From positions 1 through 8,527 of the forward strand of contig CAZWYW010000048.1 of NCBI GenBank assembly GCA_964638535.1: DNA of 8,527 bases, written 5' to 3'. This document shows positions 1 through 6,708 of the stretch, piece after piece (position 1 is the stretch's first letter; each line of letters begins with the position of its first letter). This DNA comes from an uncultured Candidatus Bathyarchaeia archaeon. Its GTDB lineage: Archaea > Thermoproteota > Bathyarchaeia > EX4484-135. Position numbers and translations under genes: made by a program. A model generated the notes under the pieces. It did not search any database, was not told the origin of the DNA, and saw only the letters and a program-made list of their open reading frames with translations.

Positions 1-62
1 AAGGAAGAGCCAACCGATCCCGTGGAGCACTATCTTGCCGGGCTGGTCAGCCCGGGCCGCCT

Positions 63-199
63 TGGTGGGGCCGCGGGGATTTGAACCCCGGACCTACGGG
101 TTCCTCCGCTCCAGAGCTTCTTCATCCCCGCCTCGAGCGGGTCGAGCGAACCCGTAGCGCTCTGGAGCCCGCCGCGCTTCCTGGCTGCGCTACGGCCCC
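63..199 (-). tRNA. tRNA-Trp (anticodon CCA), 60-nt intron at 37/38, genomically encoded 3' CCA
   Basis: The reverse complement folds as a cloverleaf. Acceptor GGGGCCG/CGGCCCC; D stem GCGC/GCGC with loop AGCCAGGAA; anticodon stem GCGGG/CCCGU. The anticodon loop is CUCCAG|A with CCA at 165-163. Variable loop AGGUC; T arm CGGGG-UUCAAAU-CCCCG; discriminator A; then CCA. Exons are 38 + 39 nt, with 60 extra nt between positions 37 and 38. Confidence 0.93.
102..161 (-). other. tRNA-Trp intron with bulge-helix-bulge (BHB) splice motif
   Basis: The central 4-bp helix pairs C32-C35 (167-164) with GGAG (107-104). It is flanked by 3-nt bulges AGA (163-161) and GAA (103-101). The outer helix pairs GCGCUA (160-155) with UGGAGC (113-108), with one G.A mismatch. 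An internal hairpin is CGGGU-7 nt-ACCCG (154-138). The A|A junction leaves the exact 3' boundary ambiguous by 1 nt. Confidence 0.85.
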
Positions 200-228
200 T
201 CTTCGCCATTAGATTACAGAAGACGGGG

Positions 229-236
229 TATTTAAG
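229..236 (-). promoter_or_regulatory. TATA-like box (CTTAAATA on minus strand) upstream of tRNA-Trp
   Basis: This is the only A/T-rich octamer upstream of the tRNA. Its centre lies about 33 nt from the mature 5' end (199), which fits a TSS near 206 and a short leader. Confidence 0.45.
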
Positions 237-305
237 ACTTAAGCTATCACGGGGCAGCCATACATGGCGTTGGTTCCCCGCCTTAACGGCAGATTGGCTC
301 TTCCC

Positions 306-1202
306 TCAGATACCCTCTCCCGGCCTCCAGAGCTTAGCCACGCACTTGCCTCTCTCGACGCCGAGGTGGTTGGCGATGGTCTCGCACTTGGTGTAGAGGA
401 GGAAGGCTATGGGCTTATCATGCCGGTACTCTGTGAGCGTCTCTATATTGCCCATGCCCTTCGCGATCACTAGATCGGCGTGCTTGTAAGCGCTCAGGCA
501 CTCAGGCGATGCCCACTCGAGCACTAGCCCCACGGTGTCCGTGCCGGTCGTTATCAGCTCGTCCGCGGCCTTATCCATACCCACGGCTCGCGCGTCTTCT
601 AAAAGCGCGTCGTTTATGCATGGCTCAGCTTTCACGGCCACCGTCACCCTCGGCCTGAGGGCCTTCAGCTCCCGGACGAAGAGGACATCAAAAGCTATCT
701 CGCCCGCGTTATCCGTGAGGTAAAGCACATGCCTCGCCTTCCTGACACAATCGTAAATGGCCCCCAAATCATCTATTGCCAAATTGCGCTCGGCGCTGGC
801 CAGCAGGCTGGCGAGGTCATCTAAGCTGAAGCGGTGATCCAGGATATCGAACTCCATGGCGTTACCCACGATAGCACAGAGAGCCGCTCTCCTGAAGCGC
901 TCGTAAAGGCTACTGCCCTCTGATATGTAGCGCTCGGCCCAAGGGACCAAATCAAGGGCCGCTTTGTTGCTCAGCTCCTTGACGGTCTTATACGGGTCCG
1001 GGTTGTCGGTCAGGGACTTTATGAGCCGGTCCCTATAGGTGCCCACTATAGCTGGCACGGCGTCCGGCTTGAACTCGCGGGCGAGCAGCTTGGCGACCTC
1101 CATCATGACCTTCAGCCTCAGCTCGGAGTCTTGAGTAGCGTAACAGGTCTCCCTATAGGCGCGGTGGACCATACAGGGCAGGCAGGCGGCTGAGACCTTC
1201 AA
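306..1202 (-). CDS. DUF89 (ARMT1-like) metal-dependent phosphatase family protein
   Basis: 298-aa ORF. It has an N-terminal CLPC, a TDNAGEIAFD motif (DNxGE metal-binding) and AKGMGNIETL (KGxGNxE), all characteristic of DUF89. The start read from DNA is TTG at 1202. It lies 6 nt downstream of the tpiA stop, on the same strand. Confidence 0.82.
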   Translation of the reverse strand: MKVSAACLPCMVHRAYRETCYATQDSELRLKVMMEVAKLLAREFKPDAVPAIVGTYRDRLIKSLTDNPDPYKTVKELSNKAALDLVPWAERYISEGSSLYERFRRAALCAIVGNAMEFDILDHRFSLDDLASLLASAERNLAIDDLGAIYDCVRKARHVLYLTDNAGEIAFDVLFVRELKALRPRVTVAVKAEPCINDALLEDARAVGMDKAADELITTGTDTVGLVLEWASPECLSAYKHADLVIAKGMGNIETLTEYRHDKPIAFLLYTKCETIANHLGVERGKCVAKLWRPGEGI

Positions 1203-1208
1203 GGCCCA

Positions 1209-1910
1209 TCAGGCCCGCTCGTCCCATGCTTCTAGGGCACATTTAGCCATCTCTGCTAAGATCTCCCTGAAGTTAGGCCTCCTCACCACGCTCCCCACTA
1301 AGACGCCCTCGGCCCCCAGCAAAATGGCGTCCCTCACGTCTTTCCCGCAACTCACGCCGGCTCCACAGAGCGCTATAACGTCTGGCTTCACCTTCTTGGC
1401 TGTTATCATGGCTCTCCTGAGCGTGTTGGGCTTGACGGCCGAGACAGATCTGCCCGTGCCTATGAGCTCAGGCGGCTCGAAAGCGAACATATCTGGCCCC
1501 AGTCTCACGATCAACCGGCAGGCCAGCACCCTGGCGCAGCACACGAGCGTCTTCAGGCCTACCCTGCGGCAGAGGCTCAGGGCCTCGCTGAGGGCATCCA
1601 CGAACTCTATTTTCTTCTCGGCGTGGTTGAGGATAGTGCCAACCGCCCCGGCTTCCCTGACCAGCTCAGGCGGCACGTGCCCTGTGCGGGGCCCGGGCTC
1701 GACGGGATCAACGTGCTGGGCGAAGACGGGTATGGAAACCTCCCGGGCCACTAGCGCTATGTCCACGAAGGACGGGGCAACTATCATGCAAATGCCGTGC
1801 TCGTGGCTTATCTCCTCGACTACCTTGGCTTTCTCGACCGCCCTCCGCCCAGTGGCCTCGCGGAAGGCCTTGAAGTTCACGAGTATTAAGGGGACGCATA
1901 TCTCGGGCAT
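1209..1910 (-). CDS. tpiA: triosephosphate isomerase, archaeal type
   Basis: Motifs seen: LILVNFKAF (catalytic Lys), GTILNHAE (catalytic His), FEPPELIGTG (catalytic Glu and loop 6), LCGAGVS and GVLVGS (phosphate-binding loops). The size is typical of archaeal TIM. I prefer ATG 1910, which sits 6 nt after a GGUG Shine-Dalgarno-like core. The ORF track start at 1919 is GTG and remains possible. Confidence 0.9.
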   Translation of the reverse strand: MPEICVPLILVNFKAFREATGRRAVEKAKVVEEISHEHGICMIVAPSFVDIALVAREVSIPVFAQHVDPVEPGPRTGHVPPELVREAGAVGTILNHAEKKIEFVDALSEALSLCRRVGLKTLVCCARVLACRLIVRLGPDMFAFEPPELIGTGRSVSAVKPNTLRRAMITAKKVKPDVIALCGAGVSCGKDVRDAILLGAEGVLVGSVVRRPNFREILAEMAKCALEAWDERA

Positions 1911-1952
1911 GGCGGGCACCGACCTGCCCCGCTCTTCGGGAGCCGCCGGGGT

Positions 1953-3065
1953 TTAGCCGCCGGGCTTCTTGAACCTGGCCTTAAGCTTCTCCAATATCTG
2001 CGGCAACGTGGTATACTCGAGCTGATCGGGCGGGAGCCTGTGGGGCTCGAAGGGGCCGTGAGCACGCATGTAGGAGGCTATCTGGTTCGCGATGGCCCGC
2101 GCGTAATCGAAGGCCGGGTCATCGAAGAGGTCCACCGGGCCTATGAGGGTGGCATCCTTGACCTGGAAGCCCAGGGCCAGAACGCGCGGCGGGCCATCAA
2201 AGCGCGTGCACTTCGCATCCCTCTGGCTCACGGGCATGAGGGGGCCGTAGTGGCTGCCGCGCATCCAGCCGGGCACGAGGTGCGGGAAGGCGAAGGCCTC
2301 TAGGACCTCGCCCAACGCTGGCAGGCCGTGCTGGACCCTTATGAGCGCCACAGGATCGTCTTTGCCCACGTACTTACCCGCGATACGGCTGAGCACGGTG
2401 GTGCTCGTGACGGCGCAGGGCATACCGTCCCTCTTGCGGAAGACGCGCTCTATGATATACCTGTGCGGGTCGCCTATGAGCGCTAGCAGGTCGTACATCT
2501 CCTCGGGGCAGTTTAGCTCCACGTAGGTGCCCCCTATCACGTCCATGACGCGGAACCTGAAGCCATCATGCATGCTCGGGTCTATGACGAGGCCAGCCGT
2601 GCAGAAGGGGTCGGCGAAGATGCGGAAGAGCGGCAGGTTCCAGGCCCCCACGGAGCTCTTGTCGGCCATGAGGACCACTATGGGCTCGCTGGGGCGCTCC
2701 TCGAACTCCAGCTCGGCCACGCCGGGGCCCATGCCCCTCACGGTGCCGGCGAAAGCCGTCTTCAGGATGTCCTGGCCAGCGCCATAGAGATGCATCTCCG
2801 TGGCCCTCTCGGCTGCTGCCTTAAAGGCCTCCCAGGCCAGCTCGTGTACCTTAGGATCGTTCTCGCCGCGCCTGTGGGCCATGATGAGCTCTATATCGTC
2901 TCCGCAGTTCGTCACGTAGAAATCCACGATCACGCCCTCATCGCGCCCTCTGGCCAACACGTCCCGGCAGACGTCAAGCAGCTCGGGCGGGACGACGTGA
3001 TGGCCCGCTATACTGCCTACATCACACTTAATGATGGAGATGGTGGTCTTGGTCACGTATCCCAC
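1953..3065 (-). CDS. fbp: bifunctional fructose-1,6-bisphosphate aldolase/phosphatase (class V FBPase)
   Basis: Motifs seen: TTISIIKCDVGSIAGHH, LYGAGQD, MADKSSVGAWNLP and GKYVGKDDP, typical of archaeal FBP aldolase/phosphatase. The ORF track start at 3107 is TTG, and its first codons contain a TATA box. In-frame GTG 3065 lies about 26 nt downstream of that TATA centre, which would be leaderless. GTG 3056 gives MTKTTISIIK, matching the usual family N-terminus. The true start is most likely 3065 or 3056. Confidence 0.93.
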   Translation of the reverse strand: MGYVTKTTISIIKCDVGSIAGHHVVPPELLDVCRDVLARGRDEGVIVDFYVTNCGDDIELIMAHRRGENDPKVHELAWEAFKAAAERATEMHLYGAGQDILKTAFAGTVRGMGPGVAELEFEERPSEPIVVLMADKSSVGAWNLPLFRIFADPFCTAGLVIDPSMHDGFRFRVMDVIGGTYVELNCPEEMYDLLALIGDPHRYIIERVFRKRDGMPCAVTSTTVLSRIAGKYVGKDDPVALIRVQHGLPALGEVLEAFAFPHLVPGWMRGSHYGPLMPVSQRDAKCTRFDGPPRVLALGFQVKDATLIGPVDLFDDPAFDYARAIANQIASYMRAHGPFEPHRLPPDQLEYTTLPQILEKLKARFKKPGG

Positions 3066-3087
3066 CGGGACGTGATCGGGCTCCTGC

Positions 3088-3095
3088 TTTATTAA
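3088..3095 (-). promoter_or_regulatory. TATA box (TTAATAAA on minus strand) for the fbp operon
   Basis: A/T octamer in an otherwise GC-rich divergent intergenic region. Its centre is about 26 nt upstream of GTG 3065. Confidence 0.55.
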
Positions 3096-3134
3096 TCTTG
3101 TGGGCAAATAGCCTTACGAGGCGCGATAAAGCTG

Positions 3135-3142
3135 GAATAAAC
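3135..3142 (+). promoter_or_regulatory. TATA-like box (GAATAAAC) for the radical SAM gene
   Basis: Its centre is about 24 nt upstream of GTG 3162. A second A/T element, GATAAAG, lies at 3125-3131. AGGTGG at 3149-3154 could instead serve as a Shine-Dalgarno sequence. Confidence 0.35.
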
Positions 3143-3161
3143 GGGGCTAGGTGGAAGCAGC

Positions 3162-4772
3162 GTGAGGGCGCTGTTAGTGGATTGCCTCGGGGCTATTCGT
3201 GTGGTCAGGCCGGCCACATTAGACGTGATTGGTGCTGGCCCAAGGGCCATAGCCGGCGTGTTAGAGGCTCTCGGTTGCGAGGTAGAGCTCGCGACCCCGG
3301 GGGCCGTAATTAAGTGGCGGAAAGCCCTGAGGGCTTTTGACTTCCTGCTGCTGAGCGCTATGTCCTCTGATCTCCCGGCTGCCTGGCGTATGGCCCGGCG
3401 ATGGCGCGTTTATCACCGGAGGGCGCCTATAATCTTAGGTGGCCCTGCTTGTGCTGACCCGGTCAGGGCTCTGGAGAGGGTGGGCTGCGATATCTGCGTG
3501 ATAGGCGAGGGAGAGCCGGCATTAATGGAGCTTTGGGACGCCGGTCTCAAGGGCGGGGGACTACCGGACGAAAGTGCTTTAAGAACCATTAAGGGCATAG
3601 CCTGGCTAGCCGAAAACGGCTCTCCCGTTGTCAACGAGCTGAGGCCTGTTACCACTCGGGCCGAGCTCGATGCTTTGCCGCTGCCTTCCTCCGAGGTCGT
3701 GAAGAATTACCCGTTCTACTGGGCCTGCCGTATCTACGTGGAGGTATTGAGGGGCTGCAGTAATTACTACCGGGCCGAAATACGCTTGCCGGACGGGCGC
3801 GTTTGCACGGGCTGTAGCGCTTGTCGCTCGGGACCCCTGAGGGCCCGCTATTACTGCCCAGAGGGCATCCCGCCCGGCTGCGGGTACTGCTCCGTTCCCA
3901 GCCTCTTCGGGCCGTCAAGGAGCAGATCGGTCGAGAAGATCGTGGCCGAGGTGAAGGGTCTCCTGCGGGCTGGTGCTAAGCGCTTAGTACTCTCGGCATC
4001 GGATATCCTCGATTACGGCCGCGACCTGTTGGTAGAGCCTGAGCCCCTCACGGACCCCCGGGAGCCTCCCGCTAACCTGAAGGCCCTCGAGGAGCTCTTC
4101 AGAGCTGTTTGCTCGTTGCGTGAGGTAAGAAAAGGCGATGCCGTGGTCATGCTCGAGAACGTGAAGCCCTGTCTGGTGGACGAGGAGGTGGCTGAGCTCC
4201 TGAGCCGCTACTTCTCGGGCACACCGGTGAGCGTGGGCGTGGAGACGGGTTCTGAAGAACACGCACGCTTGCTAGGCCGCCCCTCTGGGCCTAAGGAGGC
4301 TATAAGGGCCATAAGGCTACTGAGGCGTGCTGGCCTCAGGCCCCAGGCCTACTTCATTCACGGTCTCCCGGGTCAAGACGAGCGGACCGTGGCCGCGACC
4401 CTGAGGGCCATGGAGGAGGCCGTGAAGGCGGGCGCCGAGCATATAATTATATATAGGTTCAGGTCCCTGCCCATGTCCGCCTTCGGCGATTTCCCGAGCG
4501 GCCCTCCTGCGGCCAGGGATGCTCTCAGCGCCAGGCTAGTGGAGAAGGCCCGCGAACTGAACAGGGCCTTGAAGAACCGGTGGGTAGAGAGGCGCGTGGA
4601 GGTCGTTGTGGCCTGTGAGCACCCGAGGCGCGAGGGCTACCTAGTGGCCTACCCCATGAGGCACGGTCCCGTGGTGCTCCTGAAGGGCTCAGGGGGCTTA
4701 GTAGGTGCTGTGCTTAAGGTGCGTATTAAAGAAGCGCTTTCCGAACGCGTCGTTTTGGGCGAGGTAGCCTGA
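3162..4772 (+). CDS. radical SAM enzyme with B12-binding-like (Rossmann) N-terminal domain and C-terminal TRAM-like domain; function unknown, RNA modification suspected
   Basis: 536 aa with a GTG start. The N-terminus has ILGGP and DICVIGEGE motifs, as in B12-binding/radical SAM proteins. The core has VEVLRGC, CGYCSV, VGVETGSEEHARLLGRP and YFIHGLPGQDE. The C-terminal ~60 aa (about 4584-4769; VEVVVACE...GAVLKVRIKE...VVLGEV) looks like a TRAM beta-barrel. Confidence 0.8.
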   Translation: MRALLVDCLGAIRVVRPATLDVIGAGPRAIAGVLEALGCEVELATPGAVIKWRKALRAFDFLLLSAMSSDLPAAWRMARRWRVYHRRAPIILGGPACADPVRALERVGCDICVIGEGEPALMELWDAGLKGGGLPDESALRTIKGIAWLAENGSPVVNELRPVTTRAELDALPLPSSEVVKNYPFYWACRIYVEVLRGCSNYYRAEIRLPDGRVCTGCSACRSGPLRARYYCPEGIPPGCGYCSVPSLFGPSRSRSVEKIVAEVKGLLRAGAKRLVLSASDILDYGRDLLVEPEPLTDPREPPANLKALEELFRAVCSLREVRKGDAVVMLENVKPCLVDEEVAELLSRYFSGTPVSVGVETGSEEHARLLGRPSGPKEAIRAIRLLRRAGLRPQAYFIHGLPGQDERTVAATLRAMEEAVKAGAEHIIIYRFRSLPMSAFGDFPSGPPAARDALSARLVEKARELNRALKNRWVERRVEVVVACEHPRREGYLVAYPMRHGPVVLLKGSGGLVGAVLKVRIKEALSERVVLGEVA

Positions 4773-4780
4773 ACCGCTGT

Positions 4781-5236
4781 TTAGCCGAGCACCTTAACGC
4801 TGAAGACACAGGAATCAGCGCCCTCAGCCAGGGTCTTCTGCTTATGTATTCTGGCCTTCTTGAAAGCGCTCAGGAAGCCCTCTATTAGTCCCTCGGTTAT
4901 AGCGCAAAGCAGGGGCTCTTCCTCCGGCCGCCTGAAGGGGCACTTCCGCAACGTTATGACTAGGACACCTCCTTCCTCTGTCACGGAGGGTTCTGTGCCA
5001 GCCCTCTTGAGCATCTCTTCTAATGCCTCTTTAGCGTCCATGGAGCTCAGGGCCTGGAAGCCCTTGGCCAGCCTAGCACCGTATTCCCTGGCCGCGAACT
5101 TAAGCACGCTCAGCGCCCCTCGCTCGCCCACCACGTCCCTTAGGCCCTTTAAGGTCAGCTTCAGGAAGGAATCATAGAAGCCCACGAGGGCCCTCAGGCG
5201 CCGCTCTTCCTCACGCACGCTTGCTCCAGCGCACAT
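4781..5236 (-). CDS. V4R (4-vinyl reductase-like) domain protein, putative small-molecule-binding protein
   Basis: 151 aa with an ATG start. The C-terminal half (LVITLRKCPF...PLLCAITEGLIEGFLSAF...AEGADSCVFSVKV) follows the V4R pattern of conserved Cys/Gly spacing. It converges on the radical SAM gene with only 8 nt between the stops. Confidence 0.6.
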   Translation of the reverse strand: MCAGASVREEERRLRALVGFYDSFLKLTLKGLRDVVGERGALSVLKFAAREYGARLAKGFQALSSMDAKEALEEMLKRAGTEPSVTEEGGVLVITLRKCPFRRPEEEPLLCAITEGLIEGFLSAFKKARIHKQKTLAEGADSCVFSVKVLG

Positions 5237-5278
5237 AATGGCCCACGCCGCCCCTGGCGCTGCCCAAGGACATAAGGT

Positions 5279-6079
5279 TTACGCCCTTCGTCCACCGCCG
5301 CCTGGCGCCACGAGCTTCACGCTGGCTTTCCTGTATATCACGGCCAGGCCGGTAACGGCTACCACGATCAGGAAGGGCCAGAAGGGGCTGGCTATGAACA
5401 AGTCCGTGGGCCAGGGGGGCAATTCGAAGGTGAGCGTGTCCCCCTTGGCCTCGAGGAACTTAGCGTCCTTGGGCAGGATGAAATACCAGACCGGATCCAA
5501 CATGTTCTCAGCCGTCGAGTTCATGTAAAGGGCCTTCCTCACGTCCCCGCCCCCGAGGTCATAATCCACGAGCTCCCACTTCTCGAGCGGCGCCCCGAAA
5601 TAAGAGCTGAAGTTGAGCTTCAAGAGCACTTTCTTATCGCTCTTCACGCTGACGTCCGCTTTCCTCCAGGCTGCGTTGAGCTTGTATATCCTAGCCATGG
5701 TAGTTTTATTATAATGGAAGCTCAGCACGCCATCGCCGGCCAGCGTGAAGCTCAGCACGACACTCCTCGTAGCGTCATCGAATTCTATATCGGTTCGCGA
5801 GTAATGGGCCTCGCCGAACTTCATGGCTTCCACGTACTTCACCATGGCCTTAGGCACGGTGGTCTCGTTGAAGGCCTCGGGATGGCTCTTCATGAGCTCG
5901 TATAGGCTGGTGGTCACGTTGGATAGCACGATTTTAACGGCCACCTCATCTGGCCCTACCAGGGCCTCTACCCGGGCTGACGCATGAGTTACCGGTGCCC
6001 TTGAGCACACCGCGAGCAAGCACATCACGAGCAGGCAAGCGATCAACGCGTCTCTGCGCAAGCTCTCGCCCGACCGCAT
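5279..6079 (-). CDS. hypothetical surface protein: signal peptide, extracellular domain with five N-glycosylation sequons, C-terminal TM anchor
   Basis: 266 aa with an ATG start. The N-terminus has a basic region followed by a hydrophobic core (RRDALIACLLVMCLLAVCS). Sequons are NVT, NET, NKT, NFS and NST. The C-terminus is a hydrophobic helix (FWPFLIVVAVTGLAVIY) followed by a basic tail. I recognise no family. Confidence 0.65.
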   Translation of the reverse strand: MRSGESLRRDALIACLLVMCLLAVCSRAPVTHASARVEALVGPDEVAVKIVLSNVTTSLYELMKSHPEAFNETTVPKAMVKYVEAMKFGEAHYSRTDIEFDDATRSVVLSFTLAGDGVLSFHYNKTTMARIYKLNAAWRKADVSVKSDKKVLLKLNFSSYFGAPLEKWELVDYDLGGGDVRKALYMNSTAENMLDPVWYFILPKDAKFLEAKGDTLTFELPPWPTDLFIASPFWPFLIVVAVTGLAVIYRKASVKLVAPGGGGRRA

Positions 6080-6134
6080 GAGATAACCGGTTTAGGAAAA
6101 GTCTTTGCCAGCGCTTCTCTGTCGCGGCAGGATG

Positions 6135-6142
6135 TTATTAAG
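6135..6142 (+). promoter_or_regulatory. TATA-like box (TTATTAAG) upstream of the 122-aa membrane protein gene
   Basis: A/T octamer followed by GG, as at 6835 and 7858. The predicted TSS is near 6164, about 20 nt before ATG 6185. Confidence 0.4.
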
Positions 6143-6184
6143 GGATGGGCGCTCCTCGCCTAGCAGGGCAAGCGGGCGATAGCC

Positions 6185-6553
6185 ATGGCAGTAGAGCACA
6201 ATGCCGCTGAAATGCTATTGGCCAGCTGGGTTTTGGGCCTGTCGGGCACGTTGGTGAGCGCGGGCTTAGTCGCCTGCACGGCGATGGTAATGCCCTCGGT
6301 GAGAGCCAGACTTGACGAGTTCCTGAGGATGCCCCTGCTCTGCCTCCTAGCTTGGATAACGTTCGGCGGCCTGATCTTGGGTATGGCGGGCACCGCGCTA
6401 ATCTACATGGCGTGGTCCCGAGCTAAAGAGGGCAGAGATCCAGGCTCCCTGGGCTTAATAGGCGGAGCTCTCCTCTTAATAGGCATGAGCGGCGTGATAG
6501 GCATCGCTGGCGGCATCCTGGCCATCACCAGCGCTCTCCCAGCACGAGATTAA
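6185..6553 (+). CDS. hypothetical small integral membrane protein (3-4 TM helices)
   Basis: 122 aa with an ATG start. Hydrophobic, Gly/Ala/Leu-rich segments are separated by short charged loops (SVRARLDEF, SRAKEGRDPG). No recognisable family. Confidence 0.55.
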   Translation: MAVEHNAAEMLLASWVLGLSGTLVSAGLVACTAMVMPSVRARLDEFLRMPLLCLLAWITFGGLILGMAGTALIYMAWSRAKEGRDPGSLGLIGGALLLIGMSGVIGIAGGILAITSALPARD

Positions 6554-6554
6554 G

Positions 6555-6562
6555 TTTAATAA
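6555..6562 (+). promoter_or_regulatory. TATA box (TTTAATAA) of the 5S rRNA gene
   Basis: Its centre is about 26 nt upstream of the first helix I nucleotide of 5S (6585). It lies immediately after the TAA stop (6551-6553) of the upstream ORF. Confidence 0.65.
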
Positions 6563-6584
6563 TCCCCCCGCGAACCCCAAGAAC

Positions 6585-6703
6585 GCTGGCGGCCAAAGGG
6601 CGGGGGAAACGCCCGGTCTCATTCCGAACCCGGAAGCTAAGCCCCGCTCCGTCCCCGGTAGTAGTGCGGTCTTCGGCCGCGCGAGGCCGGGGAAGCCGCC
6701 AGC
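6585..6703 (+). rRNA. rrf: 5S ribosomal RNA, not linked to 16S/23S in this window
   Basis: Helix I pairs GCUGGCGGC with GCCGCCAGC. It contains the hallmark CCCGGUCUCAUUCCGAACCCGGAAGCUAAGCCCCGC, a loop E-like AGUAGU, and a GC-rich helix IV/V hairpin. Length is about 119 nt; the ends are uncertain by a few nt. Confidence 0.92.
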
Positions 6704-6708
6704 ACTCC

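Noticed and set aside
1-62. Window edge: a possible gene end or start, and a 7-bp GC hairpin (CCGGGCU-GGUC-AGCCCGG, 38-55) just 3' of the tRNA on the minus strand
   Set aside because: There is too little sequence to assign a frame or strand. Every plus-strand frame would have to run into the tRNA, and a minus-strand GTG at 30 gives only 10 codons. A hairpin of this size is unremarkable in GC-rich DNA.
264-723. Plus-strand ORFs 264-473 and 535-723
   Set aside because: They lie antisense to the DUF89 gene and have no motifs. The first would also run into the tRNA promoter region.
1324-1956. 210-aa plus-strand ORF, the longest unexplained ORF in the track
   Set aside because: It lies entirely antisense to tpiA. 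Its translation is low-complexity and Ser/Thr/Ala/Pro-rich with no motifs. Long antisense ORFs are expected in GC-rich DNA opposite a strongly supported gene.
2881-2887. Perfect box C heptamer AUGAUGA on the plus strand
   Set aside because: There is no CUGA within the following ~70 nt. It lies antisense inside fbp and is most likely chance.
2040-3095. Plus-strand ORFs 2040-2303, 2341-2526, 2527-2787 and 2568-3095
   Set aside because: All lie antisense to the well-supported fbp gene. Their composition is Arg/Gly/Ala/His-biased with no recognisable domains.
3413-4262. Minus-strand ORFs 3413-3655, 3649-3918 and 3984-4262, plus the plus-strand ORF 3098-3313
   Set aside because: The minus-strand ORFs are antisense to the radical SAM gene. 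ORF 3098-3313 is out of frame with it. All have Arg/Pro/Ser-rich translations typical of non-coding frames.
4860-6393. ORFs 4860-5177(+), 5238-5528(+), 5714-5905(+) and 6160-6393(-)
   Set aside because: Each lies antisense to a better-supported gene (V4R, surface protein, membrane protein) and has low-complexity composition.
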